IMG/VR virus record: IMGVR_UViG_3300046004_001808
Location: 7,802-71,801 of that record
From: a virus
Taxonomy: Duplodnaviria > Caudoviricetes
Reading direction: 5' to 3' (one strand)
DNA: 64,000 nt
The notes beneath the pieces are model-generated. The model was not told the origin of the DNA, made no database searches, and saw only the letters and a list, made by a program, of their open reading frames with translations. Position numbers and translations under genes: made by a program. Below, in pieces: positions 20,815-29,962 of this stretch. Within the stretch, counting starts at the first letter, position 1. Each line of letters opens with the position of its first letter.

Positions 20815-22710
20815 TTATGTTGTTAATGTTGAACTTAAATTAGAGTTCATTAACTGTGTTTTGTTTGCTGTTGGAGCTAATAAACCATTACTAAACATTC
20901 CCTCTTTTATCGCCATAACAATACCTTGTTGAACATCCGTATTCTTAAGTGCCATAACAATTTGATTAGTGTCTACATTACCATTAGTCTTTAAATCAAC
21001 ATTATGATTTAAAGTAATTTCAATTGGTGTTTTTGTTGTATTACTATTTGAACTTTGTTGTTCATTAGTAGACATTGTTGACGTATTTCTAACATTACTA
21101 ATATCTCTTTTAACATTCATCGGATTAGCATCTGATGATTCTTTTTTAGCACTTGATACCCCTTTCATCTTACCTGTCATTAATTGTTCCATTCGGGCAA
21201 CATTAGGAAAATCTTTATTTAACTTTTCTCCTTCTTCTTTAGCGATATTCATTCCTGTTTGAAATGCTGATTTAATCAATGTATTTAACTTTGATAAATT
21301 TTCCCCAACTTCCTTTCTAGCCTCAGCAGCGGTTATTTCACCATCTGTTAATCTTTTAAGAGTGTCTAAACTTCTATCAATCCCTGTATCAATTGTCCCT
21401 CTAAGATTTTTTGAATCTAATTCTTTTGGTGATAGAACTTTTCTAGCACTTGTTGTTGCTGCTCTAGTATATTTTTGAACACCAGTCATACTTTTACTAC
21501 CGGCGAGAGCTAATCCCGGTTTATCGGCTAATGATTTAATATCAGCAGCAATAGATTCCAAAGTACTCAATTGTTCTTTAGCCAACTCCTCCATAGTTTT
21601 TGGAGCGGTATTAGCCATTTTTTCAAGATTTGCAACATCTTTAGCATTTAATTCATCTATAGCCTTTGCAACTGTTTTTCCTGTTTCTGGGTCAGTTACT
21701 TGTACCTCATATTTACCTCCAGCACCCATTTCAGCCATATTGGCTATCATCTTTTGCTTATCTTCGTCTAACTCAGGTAACTCAGGAAAACGAATTTTAC
21801 TCATTTTATCCTCTAACTCCGCACTTGCCAAAGACATTTTTGCCAATTCACCTGCGGGTAATCCCATCGCCTTCTCTAACTCCCTCATTTGACGTTTTGC
21901 TCCCGGCATAATTTCAAATTGACCTTTTTCATTTAATTGAGTAAATGATTTACCCATCTCCGCCATTTGATTTTGTAATTCAGCGGGGTCATTCTGAGCT
22001 AAGTCCATTAATTTTAACGGGTCAAGTAAACTACTTTGAGTAACACCTAATCTTTGCATAGCTGCCGCCATTTCAATAGCCCCTTCAGGGTCAAAAACTT
22101 TTTCAGCAAAACCTAACGTTGTTTTCATATCAATTCTTAACATCGCCGCTTGTGCCGCCATTTTTGCTAAACCTGATACACCACCTTCAAAATTATATTT
22201 ACTAAGAGAGTCCATATTTTGTAAAACAGCTGAAGACACTTTTTGTGCGTTAACACCTGATTGAGCCGCAATATCCACAACATTTTTCATTTCCTTAGCG
22301 ACTTGTCCCGCACCATATCCCGCATCTTTAAATCCTTTAACTAATGGACCAATTTGTTCTCCAGTAACTTTCATCGTTGCGTAAAGGTCTTTATTTACTT
22401 CAGCAGATAATACAACATTTCTACCCAACTCTTTTGACGCATCTCTTTGAGTCTCAATTACATCTTTAATATCACCACCTAAAACTCTAACACTACTAAC
22501 CGCGTCTGCCATTGTTGCACTTAATGTTTGAGCCATTTGTTGACCAAGACCAAACTGTTTTAAAAGTTGACTCGCACCCGCATCTAGTTCTGCAACAACC
22601 TTACCAACCGCAGCAACACTAAAATTACTTTCTAAAGCATCTCCTAACGACTTAAGAATATCCTTACCTTTTTTTTCACTAGCCTCTAAATTACTTCCAG
22701 CATCTTGCAT
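20815..22710 (-). CDS. Tail tape measure protein
   Basis: Ala/Met/Lys-rich helical 631-aa protein between the tail chaperone and baseplate genes. Confidence 0.8.
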   Translation of the reverse strand: MQDAGSNLEASEKKGKDILKSLGDALESNFSVAAVGKVVAELDAGASQLLKQFGLGQQMAQTLSATMADAVSSVRVLGGDIKDVIETQRDASKELGRNVVLSAEVNKDLYATMKVTGEQIGPLVKGFKDAGYGAGQVAKEMKNVVDIAAQSGVNAQKVSSAVLQNMDSLSKYNFEGGVSGLAKMAAQAAMLRIDMKTTLGFAEKVFDPEGAIEMAAAMQRLGVTQSSLLDPLKLMDLAQNDPAELQNQMAEMGKSFTQLNEKGQFEIMPGAKRQMRELEKAMGLPAGELAKMSLASAELEDKMSKIRFPELPELDEDKQKMIANMAEMGAGGKYEVQVTDPETGKTVAKAIDELNAKDVANLEKMANTAPKTMEELAKEQLSTLESIAADIKSLADKPGLALAGSKSMTGVQKYTRAATTSARKVLSPKELDSKNLRGTIDTGIDRSLDTLKRLTDGEITAAEARKEVGENLSKLNTLIKSAFQTGMNIAKEEGEKLNKDFPNVARMEQLMTGKMKGVSSAKKESSDANPMNVKRDISNVRNTSTMSTNEQQSSNSNTTKTPIEITLNHNVDLKTNGNVDTNQIVMALKNTDVQQGIVMAIKEGMFSNGLLAPTANKTQLMNSNLSSTLTT

Positions 22711-22731
22711 ATTAAATTTCTTTTATAAATA

Positions 22732-22773
22732 AATACACCAAAGACATATTTTAATTTACGTCTTTGGTGTATT
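22732..22773 (-). terminator. 14-bp hairpin after the chaperone extension ORF
   Basis: AATACACCAAAGAC (22732-45) and GTCTTTGGTGTATT (22760-73), followed by T-rich sequence on the minus strand. Confidence 0.65.
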
Positions 22774-22911
22774 ATCTTCTATTATTCTGTTTATTAAAAA
22801 TTTTCTAACATAAGTGGGCATCTCGTTGAAATCATTATAAGAAGTCCTTATAAATTTAGCCATCAAGTAATATTCCTCAATTAGAAGTTGCCGATAGTTA
22901 AAAGAAAGGCC
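22756..22911 (-). CDS. Tail assembly chaperone C-terminal extension (gpT-like), probably reached by frameshift
   Basis: +1-frame ORF GLSFNYRQLLIEEYYLMAKFIRTSYNDFNEMPTYVRKFLINRIIEDNTPKT* overlapping the chaperone stop; an internal ATG at 22863 is an alternative start. Confidence 0.7.
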   Translation of the reverse strand, partial: GLSFNYRQLLIEEYYLMAKFIRTSYNDFNEMPTYVRKFLINRIIEDNTPKT

Positions 22912-23653
22912 GAAAAAACTCCACCCCAAAGGTTATCTCGAAAGATACCAGTTCTCCTGACGGGGCGTTTGCTGTTCTCTTAAGGTCCAATGACGGTTCA
23001 TTCTCCCTTAAAAAAGTTCTTATGTATTTAGAGTCCATAATAGGTAAAGTATCAACAAACATAGCTATTTTACCTCTATCGTTATCCCCATCAATTTCAA
23101 CAATTTGTTTTTGTAATTTCCAAGTAATTCTTGGTGCCTGTCTTCCAGCAGGATATTGTTCAACCATTTTATCTAACTCAATAGTATCATAGAAAGTTGT
23201 TGGTCTTAATTTAACAGTAATACCTGTTTTAGGTAATTTAGTTAAGAAAAATCCATTTTCATCCGGTTGATTTTGGTTTTTTTTAATATTTAACTCATCC
23301 AATATAACAGTATGAGCAAATAATTTGTTAGTTTGTGGGTCAGTTAAATTAACTGTGTATTCAGCACCAAATGAAGTATTTCTTAAAAATATCAAAATAG
23401 CTTCAACATCACCATCAAGTAGTTCTTCAGGACGTAAATCATGTTCATATAATTTATTACGTAATAAAGTTAATACTACATTTTCTTTACCCGCTAGCGC
23501 ACCAATTAAATAATTTTCATCAGACGCTGTTAAGTAACCGATTTTAACCGATTTTCTTTTAGATTTATAAAAAATTCCACCACTAGGTAATGATACCACA
23601 TCATGTGGTAATGTGAAATTTTCTGTTCCTGCATTAATTAAACTCTCATCCAT
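22898..23653 (-). CDS. Tail assembly chaperone / baseplate hub assembly protein (T4 gp26-like)
   Basis: VSLPSGGIFY, LTASDEN and GDVEAILIFLRNTSFG segments; sits between the tube and tape measure genes. Confidence 0.8.
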   Translation of the reverse strand: MDESLINAGTENFTLPHDVVSLPSGGIFYKSKRKSVKIGYLTASDENYLIGALAGKENVVLTLLRNKLYEHDLRPEELLDGDVEAILIFLRNTSFGAEYTVNLTDPQTNKLFAHTVILDELNIKKNQNQPDENGFFLTKLPKTGITVKLRPTTFYDTIELDKMVEQYPAGRQAPRITWKLQKQIVEIDGDNDRGKIAMFVDTLPIMDSKYIRTFLRENEPSLDLKRTANAPSGELVSFEITFGVEFFRPFF

Positions 23654-23710
23654 ATAAATTTGTTTTTATTATAAATAATAAATGTATACTTTTTTTTATA
23701 AATAGTTAAT

Positions 23711-23741
23711 AAAAAATCCACATATTTTTGATATGTGGATT
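23711..23741 (-). terminator. Intrinsic terminator after the tail tube gene
   Basis: AATCCACATAT-CAAAA-ATATGTGGATT followed by TTTT. Confidence 0.75.
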
Positions 23742-23767
23742 CTTAAATTTAAATATAAAATATTATT

Positions 23768-24256
23768 TTAGTAAACTAATATACATCTATCCATACGTAA
23801 TGTTGTAGAAATAGTTGCTAAAGCATCTTGACTATACCCTAAACCATCAAAGTTAACATCAGATAAGAAAGTACCTTCTAATATCCATTTTTCCACAACA
23901 ACACCTGTTGGGTCTAACATCTCAAGGTCAATGTTTTTCTTATATCCCGCAGCATATCCCATACGACCTGTAACTGATTCAGCACATAAACGTACCCACT
24001 CCATAAGAGCTTGTGACGCTGAAGGTCCGATTGGGTCACGGAATTTCACGTTAATTGTTCCCCAAGTAAAACGACCAGCAACATATGTTTCTGTATTTAA
24101 GAAAGGAATTGCAACCGGATTAATTGTTATATGTGGTCTTGCTGCCGATTCTACGAACCATTCATTAATTCCTAATGTTGAAGGAAAACGTAGTATAAAC
24201 CTATTTTGTCTTTTAGGTTCGTAAGGTATGGGCATTTTCATTAATAAATCAGCCAT
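23768..24256 (-). CDS. Tail tube protein (T4 gp19-like)
   Basis: YEPKRQNRF, YVAGRFTW, DPIGPS, YKKNIDLEMLDPTGVVVEKWILEG segments. Confidence 0.92.
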   Translation of the reverse strand: MADLLMKMPIPYEPKRQNRFILRFPSTLGINEWFVESAARPHITINPVAIPFLNTETYVAGRFTWGTINVKFRDPIGPSASQALMEWVRLCAESVTGRMGYAAGYKKNIDLEMLDPTGVVVEKWILEGTFLSDVNFDGLGYSQDALATISTTLRMDRCILVY

Positions 24257-24326
24257 TTCAAATTGTTTTTAATTTTATTTTATTTATCTTTATTTAATAA
24301 ATATCTCTATTTAAAAAATATTTATC

Positions 24327-24355
24327 TTGACTTTTAGAATTTAATTTATTATAAT
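24327..24355 (+). promoter_or_regulatory. Near-consensus sigma70-type promoter with no downstream sense gene
   Basis: TTGACT (24327-32)-17 bp-TATAAT (24350-55). Confidence 0.6.
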
Positions 24356-24366
24356 TATAATCCAGT

Positions 24367-24411
24367 CTAGTTTATTTAATACTAGTTTTTTTTTAACTAG
24401 TTTTTTTTTAT
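24367..24411. repeat. Three 15-bp-spaced CTAGTTT repeats with T tracts
   Basis: CTAGTTT starts at 24367, 24382 and 24397. Confidence 0.75.
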
Positions 24412-24435
24412 TTAATTCTATTTTATTATAAGTAT

Positions 24436-25254
24436 TTAATATTCTTTTTTTATTCCTCCTGCTGTTGAATAAGTTTTAATAATATTTTCTGGGTCTTGCT
24501 CAAAATGTTTCTTTACTACATCCACATTTTTTATGTCGTCATCTGAAAAACCTACTTTAGGAACAAAATAATTATTTATTTTATTTTTTAAGAACGCCTT
24601 TTTTTGAATATGTTGAGACATTGCTTTAACATATTGAACAAATTCTTTTAAAGCTTTAATTTTCCCTTCTTCCGGATTTGTTGCGGAACCTTCTCCATAA
24701 CTTACAGGATAAAATTTACATAAATCTAAATATTCTCTAATCATCTCCTTTTTAGAAACATTTTCCTCATCAGCTAAATCTCTATATTTTTCTAAATTTT
24801 TAACTAACTCAGTTGAATTAATTCCATTACGGTTTGATACAATATAATTATAACAAGCCTCTTTTAATACTGATGGTGTGTGCCCTCTCGCAGTAACTAT
24901 AGAAAAAATTGACCCATTATTAATTGCTTCAACAAAATCAGCCCAAGCCGGTCCCGGTTTTGCTAACATAGAATCAACAATAAATTGTTTATCACCTTTA
25001 ACCCCGAAATATCTAAAAGGGTCTTCTGAAAATCCAACAATGGTGTGTTTATCAAATTCAAATGGTTCCTTACCTATAATTTCTCGATAAGTTGCGAAAT
25101 CTTCAGTTGACATTCCAACCTCATCACCATCTTCATCTTTTAAGATTATTTTAGTTGGCATTGAAACTATATTATCGTCCCAATCAAAAGCGTAATACTT
25201 CTCATCCGGAGCACCTTCCTCGTCAATTCCTTCAATTATTTTATTTTTTAACAT
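24436..25254 (-). CDS. HAD-superfamily phosphatase-like protein
   Basis: Motif I AFDWDDNI, motif II VTARGH, Lys in EGKIK, motif IV GFSDDD. Confidence 0.75.
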   Translation of the reverse strand: MLKNKIIEGIDEEGAPDEKYYAFDWDDNIVSMPTKIILKDEDGDEVGMSTEDFATYREIIGKEPFEFDKHTIVGFSEDPFRYFGVKGDKQFIVDSMLAKPGPAWADFVEAINNGSIFSIVTARGHTPSVLKEACYNYIVSNRNGINSTELVKNLEKYRDLADEENVSKKEMIREYLDLCKFYPVSYGEGSATNPEEGKIKALKEFVQYVKAMSQHIQKKAFLKNKINNYFVPKVGFSDDDIKNVDVVKKHFEQDPENIIKTYSTAGGIKKEY

Positions 25255-25272
25255 ATTTTTGTTATAAGGCTT

Positions 25273-25305
25273 AATTATGACCCACTATTACAATGGGTCA
25301 TAATT
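25273..25305. terminator. 12-bp hairpin downstream of the sheath gene
   Basis: AATTATGACCCA (25273-84) and TGGGTCATAATT (25294-305). Confidence 0.6.
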
Positions 25306-25312
25306 TTATTAA

Positions 25313-28300
25313 TTATATATTCTCGAAAGAAGCTCCGGTTGGAGTAATATAGAACGTAATGTCTATAAATTCTAACGATTTGGTTGGTTTGATATAAATC
25401 TTACCAGTCATTTGATTTCTGTCTAAATCAGCTGCGTCAGACGAAACAGTTACACGGAAATCATAAAGACCTCTATCTCTTCTAATAGAGTCTAATATTG
25501 GGTTAACAGAATCTAAGAAATCTTGTCTTACCTTAGCGTCATTTTGTTCAAATAATAATCTAACAGAAACTGCTGATATTAATTTACGAGCTTGAAGTAA
25601 TAATCTTCTAACATTAATTCTATCAAGTGCCGATTGTCTAATTTGAAGAGTTTTGTTACCCCAAATTACCGTTCCAACATCTGAGAACGTTGCTATTGGA
25701 TTTAAACGACCTTGATATAAAGTATCTCTATTCTCTTGTGTCAATTTAACTCTCGCTTTAACAGCGTTTACGATACCTCTTGTGTAACCCGCCGCAGCGA
25801 ACCAAGGAAATGCAATATTATCCGTTAACGCTAAGTTTCTTGTTACCTCAGCAGTTGCCGGTAAGTAAATCTGAGTATTGTTAACAGTATCTCTCATTAA
25901 TACCCAAGGGTAATAAGTAGCGGTATAGTTAGAGTCAATACCTGAATTTGCCAAATTATCTACAGCTTCTTGTGGGTAAATAAAATCTAATTGATTACCA
26001 GTTGACGGAACATACATATTGTAGTCAGGAGTTGTACATACGTACAATGAATCCGCTCTACTATATTCAATCATATCAATAGCACTCTCAACTAAATTAG
26101 AGTTATTAACATAATCAATACCCGGTGTAACAAAGACATTGATGTTTACCGCCTCAGGATTCGCAAATGTTTGTTGTCCTAATAAATAAGCGTAATAATC
26201 GGTGTTTGCCCAATCTTGAGTGTTACCTGCGACAATAATTTGTTTAAATGCTCCCCAACCCGATGCTGTTGGATATTTTATTGTAGGACAAGAACCTTTT
26301 AAGTAACCTGTTCTACCTAACATAAACTCATCTTTATTTGTTCTAAATTCTCTATAGATATCCCAACCATCAAAACCACCTTTTACTAAGAATGTAAATT
26401 TACGTGCGTAAATTCTATAATAAGGGTTAAGTTCACTATCAGGGTCTGATGTAAAAGGTGCGTCACCACAAAAGAATGCCGGAGTACCACTTGTTACAAA
26501 TATATTTGGAATTGTAATACCACTTGCGTTTTTGTCCATGTGGAAACCTCTTGTTCTAAAATTCCAAGGATTACCTTCAGTATCATTACAAATATCTAAA
26601 GGAAGTTGAGTTCCTTTATATTGGAAGAAATCAACATCAATACCTTCAGTATCTGAAATACCTAAATAAGTTCTTCTTACATTATCACCAGCACTTGTTG
26701 TTGAATCATCCGCTCCTGAAGCCAACCCAAACGGTGGGTTATAAACTACTTCACCAGGATAATAATATTTAGATTTAATTAATGGGAATGGTGGTCTTAC
26801 ACCAGCATATTCTCTATAATCGTATCCTAAGAATCCACAAGGAAGAGCATCTATTGGTGCATCCTCATTAATTTCAACCATAACATAACTTGACAATAAA
26901 GGATATTCACCATCTAAACTACCGATTTTTTTACCAACAAATGAATTATCTTGAGGGTTCATACTACAATTAGTGTATTTTTCAAGAACAACAGGTGAGG
27001 AATCAGTATCAAAGAAATCTCTAATTAATACATCAAAAGTACCATTGTTAAATGACATATTTGCAATTGATATTTTAATATCAATATTTGCTGAATCACC
27101 ATCTGCAATAGTTGTAAATTTAAATAAGTTATAAACTTTATTACCTCTTAATTCTGAAACAACCCACGGTGAAACCGGTGATTGGAATTTTTCTAAGTAA
27201 AACGCTATTGATGTTGGGTCAATCGATTGACGAGCATCAGGTAAAGCTGTTAATTCACAATTTAAACCTCTAATATAACCCATTCTCCAAGCATTCGTTA
27301 ATAAAGCTTGGAATCTTTCTTCAACAAATAATGGAACTACTGTTCTTGGTTTTGAGAAGTTAGTTGAACCAAACACTTTACTAATGTATTTTGAATCTGA
27401 ATTTGATAATGATGTTTCAAAGAAATATTGGTCACCATCTTTACTTGTAATATTAACACCAAAAGTTGAAAATGGGTTCTTAGTTACACCTGAATATGTC
27501 CCGGTACAATCTAAACTAACATCCGTTAAACCCGAAACTTCATAAACAGGTCCATTTTCCAAACCATATGTTGACAATCCTCTTGAACGAAGTGTTGCAA
27601 CAACTAAGTCATCATAATCTGTATATGCCGTACCCGAATAAATATAAATCACCCCAATCAATGTACCTGTATAACAATTAACAGGTTTTGCTGTTGTTGT
27701 TGAAGTAGTTGATGTTGATGTTGTTGTTGTACAAGGGTTTGTTGTTGATGTCGTCGTTGAAGTTGATGTTGTTGTTGTAATTATTGGTGTCAATGTTAAT
27801 CCTGTAACAACAGACCAAAATGAAAATCCTGTATAAGAAGCATTACCAACATTATCAAATAATGAGTAATACCAAGGGTCATTTTGAGGTGCTGAATAAT
27901 TACATAAATTTGAACTTACATTATCCACTCCGTAAACATTAGTTTCACCAGTATATACTGAACTTAAACCCGAATAAACACTAGTTGGTATTGCACCATA
28001 ATAATTAATTGAAGTATCTTCTTTAGCCGGTGTTGAAACGATATCAAAAATTTGACTTGACATATCATCAAACAATGTTGACATTGAACCATCAAATTGT
28101 TCGTAAGGTTCATACAAAATTGAAGATATTTCAGATGGTAAACTAGATGTGTTTGTAAAACTAACAGTGTTAATACTATTAGTACACGCTGAAAATTCAA
28201 CAGAATAGTTTATAGTTTTAAAGTCTATACATTCAGTAACACAATTAACTGTAGTTGCACTTTCACAAAAGAAATCAACCGTTGTTGGGTCAACATTTGC

Positions 28301-28639
28301 TTTTGTAGTTATAGACCAAGATGGTCCTGCATCGTAACCAGATAATCCTAACACTCTTGTTACGAATAATTGGTTAGATTGTTGTAAGTATGATTTAGCA
28401 ATATAAGCCGCTTCGTACTTTGGAATTTGTGTATTTATAAATTTTTCTGGGGAAGTTCCACCGAAGAAATTTGTGAATTCATCAAAATTTCGTATAAAGA
28501 TAGGCTCGAAAGCGGGACCTTTTAAGGTCTCACCCACAATACCCAACGTGGTAACTCCCACACTTTGTGCTACGAAACTTAAATCAACTTCAGAAGTATA
28601 TACTCCGGGAGATACGAATACTTTTTGATTTGATGCCAT
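25313..28639 (-). CDS. Tail sheath protein (T4 gp18-like) with large insertion domains
   Basis: N-terminal VSPGVYTSEVDLS...GETLKGPAFEP; C-terminal FPWFAAAGYTRG, GTVIWGNKTL, DRINVRRLL, IYIKPTKSLEFI. Start moved from 28699 to the ATG at 28639 (MASNQKV). Confidence 0.95.
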   Translation of the reverse strand: MASNQKVFVSPGVYTSEVDLSFVAQSVGVTTLGIVGETLKGPAFEPIFIRNFDEFTNFFGGTSPEKFINTQIPKYEAAYIAKSYLQQSNQLFVTRVLGLSGYDAGPSWSITTKANVDPTTVDFFCESATTVNCVTECIDFKTINYSVEFSACTNSINTVSFTNTSSLPSEISSILYEPYEQFDGSMSTLFDDMSSQIFDIVSTPAKEDTSINYYGAIPTSVYSGLSSVYTGETNVYGVDNVSSNLCNYSAPQNDPWYYSLFDNVGNASYTGFSFWSVVTGLTLTPIITTTTSTSTTTSTTNPCTTTTSTSTTSTTTAKPVNCYTGTLIGVIYIYSGTAYTDYDDLVVATLRSRGLSTYGLENGPVYEVSGLTDVSLDCTGTYSGVTKNPFSTFGVNITSKDGDQYFFETSLSNSDSKYISKVFGSTNFSKPRTVVPLFVEERFQALLTNAWRMGYIRGLNCELTALPDARQSIDPTSIAFYLEKFQSPVSPWVVSELRGNKVYNLFKFTTIADGDSANIDIKISIANMSFNNGTFDVLIRDFFDTDSSPVVLEKYTNCSMNPQDNSFVGKKIGSLDGEYPLLSSYVMVEINEDAPIDALPCGFLGYDYREYAGVRPPFPLIKSKYYYPGEVVYNPPFGLASGADDSTTSAGDNVRRTYLGISDTEGIDVDFFQYKGTQLPLDICNDTEGNPWNFRTRGFHMDKNASGITIPNIFVTSGTPAFFCGDAPFTSDPDSELNPYYRIYARKFTFLVKGGFDGWDIYREFRTNKDEFMLGRTGYLKGSCPTIKYPTASGWGAFKQIIVAGNTQDWANTDYYAYLLGQQTFANPEAVNINVFVTPGIDYVNNSNLVESAIDMIEYSRADSLYVCTTPDYNMYVPSTGNQLDFIYPQEAVDNLANSGIDSNYTATYYPWVLMRDTVNNTQIYLPATAEVTRNLALTDNIAFPWFAAAGYTRGIVNAVKARVKLTQENRDTLYQGRLNPIATFSDVGTVIWGNKTLQIRQSALDRINVRRLLLQARKLISAVSVRLLFEQNDAKVRQDFLDSVNPILDSIRRDRGLYDFRVTVSSDAADLDRNQMTGKIYIKPTKSLEFIDITFYITPTGASFENI

Positions 28640-28733
28640 TAGTTTGTCTTTTTTATTTGTAAATTTATTTTTATTGATAAATATTATAAAAAAAACCAAA
28701 ATACTTTACTTCATAAGAAGTATTTATAAATTA

Positions 28734-28762
28734 GGTAGAATAAATTCTGCCTTTATTCTACC
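28734..28762. promoter_or_regulatory. 11-bp inverted repeat (candidate operator) abutting the RHH gene start
   Basis: GGTAGAATAAA-TTCTGCC-TTTATTCTACC immediately before the ATG at 28763. Confidence 0.65.
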
Positions 28763-28927
28763 ATGGCAGACAACGAAAAAAAGATAAAGAACCTAAAGAT
28801 ATCAATTGAGGTTCATAACGTCCTAAAGACCTATTGCGAAAAGAGGGGTATCAAAATGTATCGTTTTTTAGAAAGAATGATTGTTGAGAATTGTAAAGAA
28901 AAGAAGGATATATACGGCGAGAATTAA
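28763..28927 (+). CDS. 54-aa ribbon-helix-helix-like DNA-binding protein
   Basis: Below the ORF-track cutoff. Hand translation: MADNEKKIKNLKISIEVHNVLKTYCEKRGIKMYRFLERMIVENCKEKKDIYGEN; beta-strand NLKIS followed by two helices separated by Gly. Confidence 0.75.
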   Translation: MADNEKKIKNLKISIEVHNVLKTYCEKRGIKMYRFLERMIVENCKEKKDIYGEN

Positions 28928-29961
28928 ACTAATTGGTTTTCTAACACAATTGAACCCTCTTGAGTATCATTAGATTTAACTACAATAATTTTTAAAACAT
29001 CATTGGTATTGATTTGTATTTGATACAAATCTGACCCATAATATTGATTATTAATGTACACATCAAACGAATCAATATTAGTTGTTTCACCTAAATTTAA
29101 ATCAACAGTATAATCAAAAACTTGTGAAATAATATTGTTCCCAACAATAAATAAAATATTTGTTGAGGTTCCTTCATCTGCAATATTTTTTCTTCTTCCA
29201 CGCATGAACGATTCTTTTTCAAATTCAATAACAGTTAAAACTCTTGAAACCGCCGGAGCAACTTCAAATTCGTTTTCATCAATTAAGAATCCTAACATTG
29301 TAAAATCATAACTTTGAATATAATATTTCCTTTTATCAATATTCATAACTGACTCATCGGTAATGTTATTCATAATGATTGGAATATAATGACCTTTGAT
29401 AGTTGTATATGCTTGACGAGAGGAAAACATTTCAAGAATATTTTTATTAAACTCGTTTAATTCTCTCATTCTATTACAAATTATTTTAACACTATATGTA
29501 ATATCAACAGGTACCGGTTGAGGTATTTTATAAATATCCATACCATTTCTATTACCATCCCACGTTGGTACTTGAGCATAAAAATATTGTTTTCTATTTG
29601 GTATGTTATATAGTAATGCAGGGTTAGTACCAAATTTAACTTCGGGATTTCTAACAACCGTAATAAATGGGGGTGAGACATTAGAATCCAAATCTTGAAA
29701 ATTCCAAGTTTCAGTAAATTGAGACCAATTTTGAGCCGTTATCAAAATATCAATTGATGGTATAACATTACCATCCACAATAGTCTGTAATTCATTCTGA
29801 ACAAAGTTTAACATTCCCCCATCCAAATCGGCATGTAAAATGGACTTAGGTAAATAAGTTCCATCTTTATTAATTTTTTCCAATAACTCTTCTCTTCGTG
29901 GATATAGAGTTTTTGGAAACGTTAACGGTATTGTTTTCTTTATTTTGTTAGGTAAACCCAT
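28924..29961 (-). CDS. Tail terminator / tail completion protein (T4 gp15-like)
   Basis: PPFITVVR, IPQPVPVDITYSVKIIC and YDFTMLGFL segments; lies upstream of the sheath gene. Confidence 0.7.
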   Translation of the reverse strand: MGLPNKIKKTIPLTFPKTLYPRREELLEKINKDGTYLPKSILHADLDGGMLNFVQNELQTIVDGNVIPSIDILITAQNWSQFTETWNFQDLDSNVSPPFITVVRNPEVKFGTNPALLYNIPNRKQYFYAQVPTWDGNRNGMDIYKIPQPVPVDITYSVKIICNRMRELNEFNKNILEMFSSRQAYTTIKGHYIPIIMNNITDESVMNIDKRKYYIQSYDFTMLGFLIDENEFEVAPAVSRVLTVIEFEKESFMRGRRKNIADEGTSTNILFIVGNNIISQVFDYTVDLNLGETTNIDSFDVYINNQYYGSDLYQIQINTNDVLKIIVVKSNDTQEGSIVLENQLV

Positions 29962-29962
29962 T

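Noticed and set aside
28640-28699. Extended sheath N-terminus MVFFIIFINK (likewise 48273-48317 and 54669-54683)
   Set aside because: The sheath and 48317 extensions run through AT-rich promoter DNA, and the 54669 extension lies inside cysC. The downstream ATGs fit the family N-terminus, motif spacing or stop-start overlap better.
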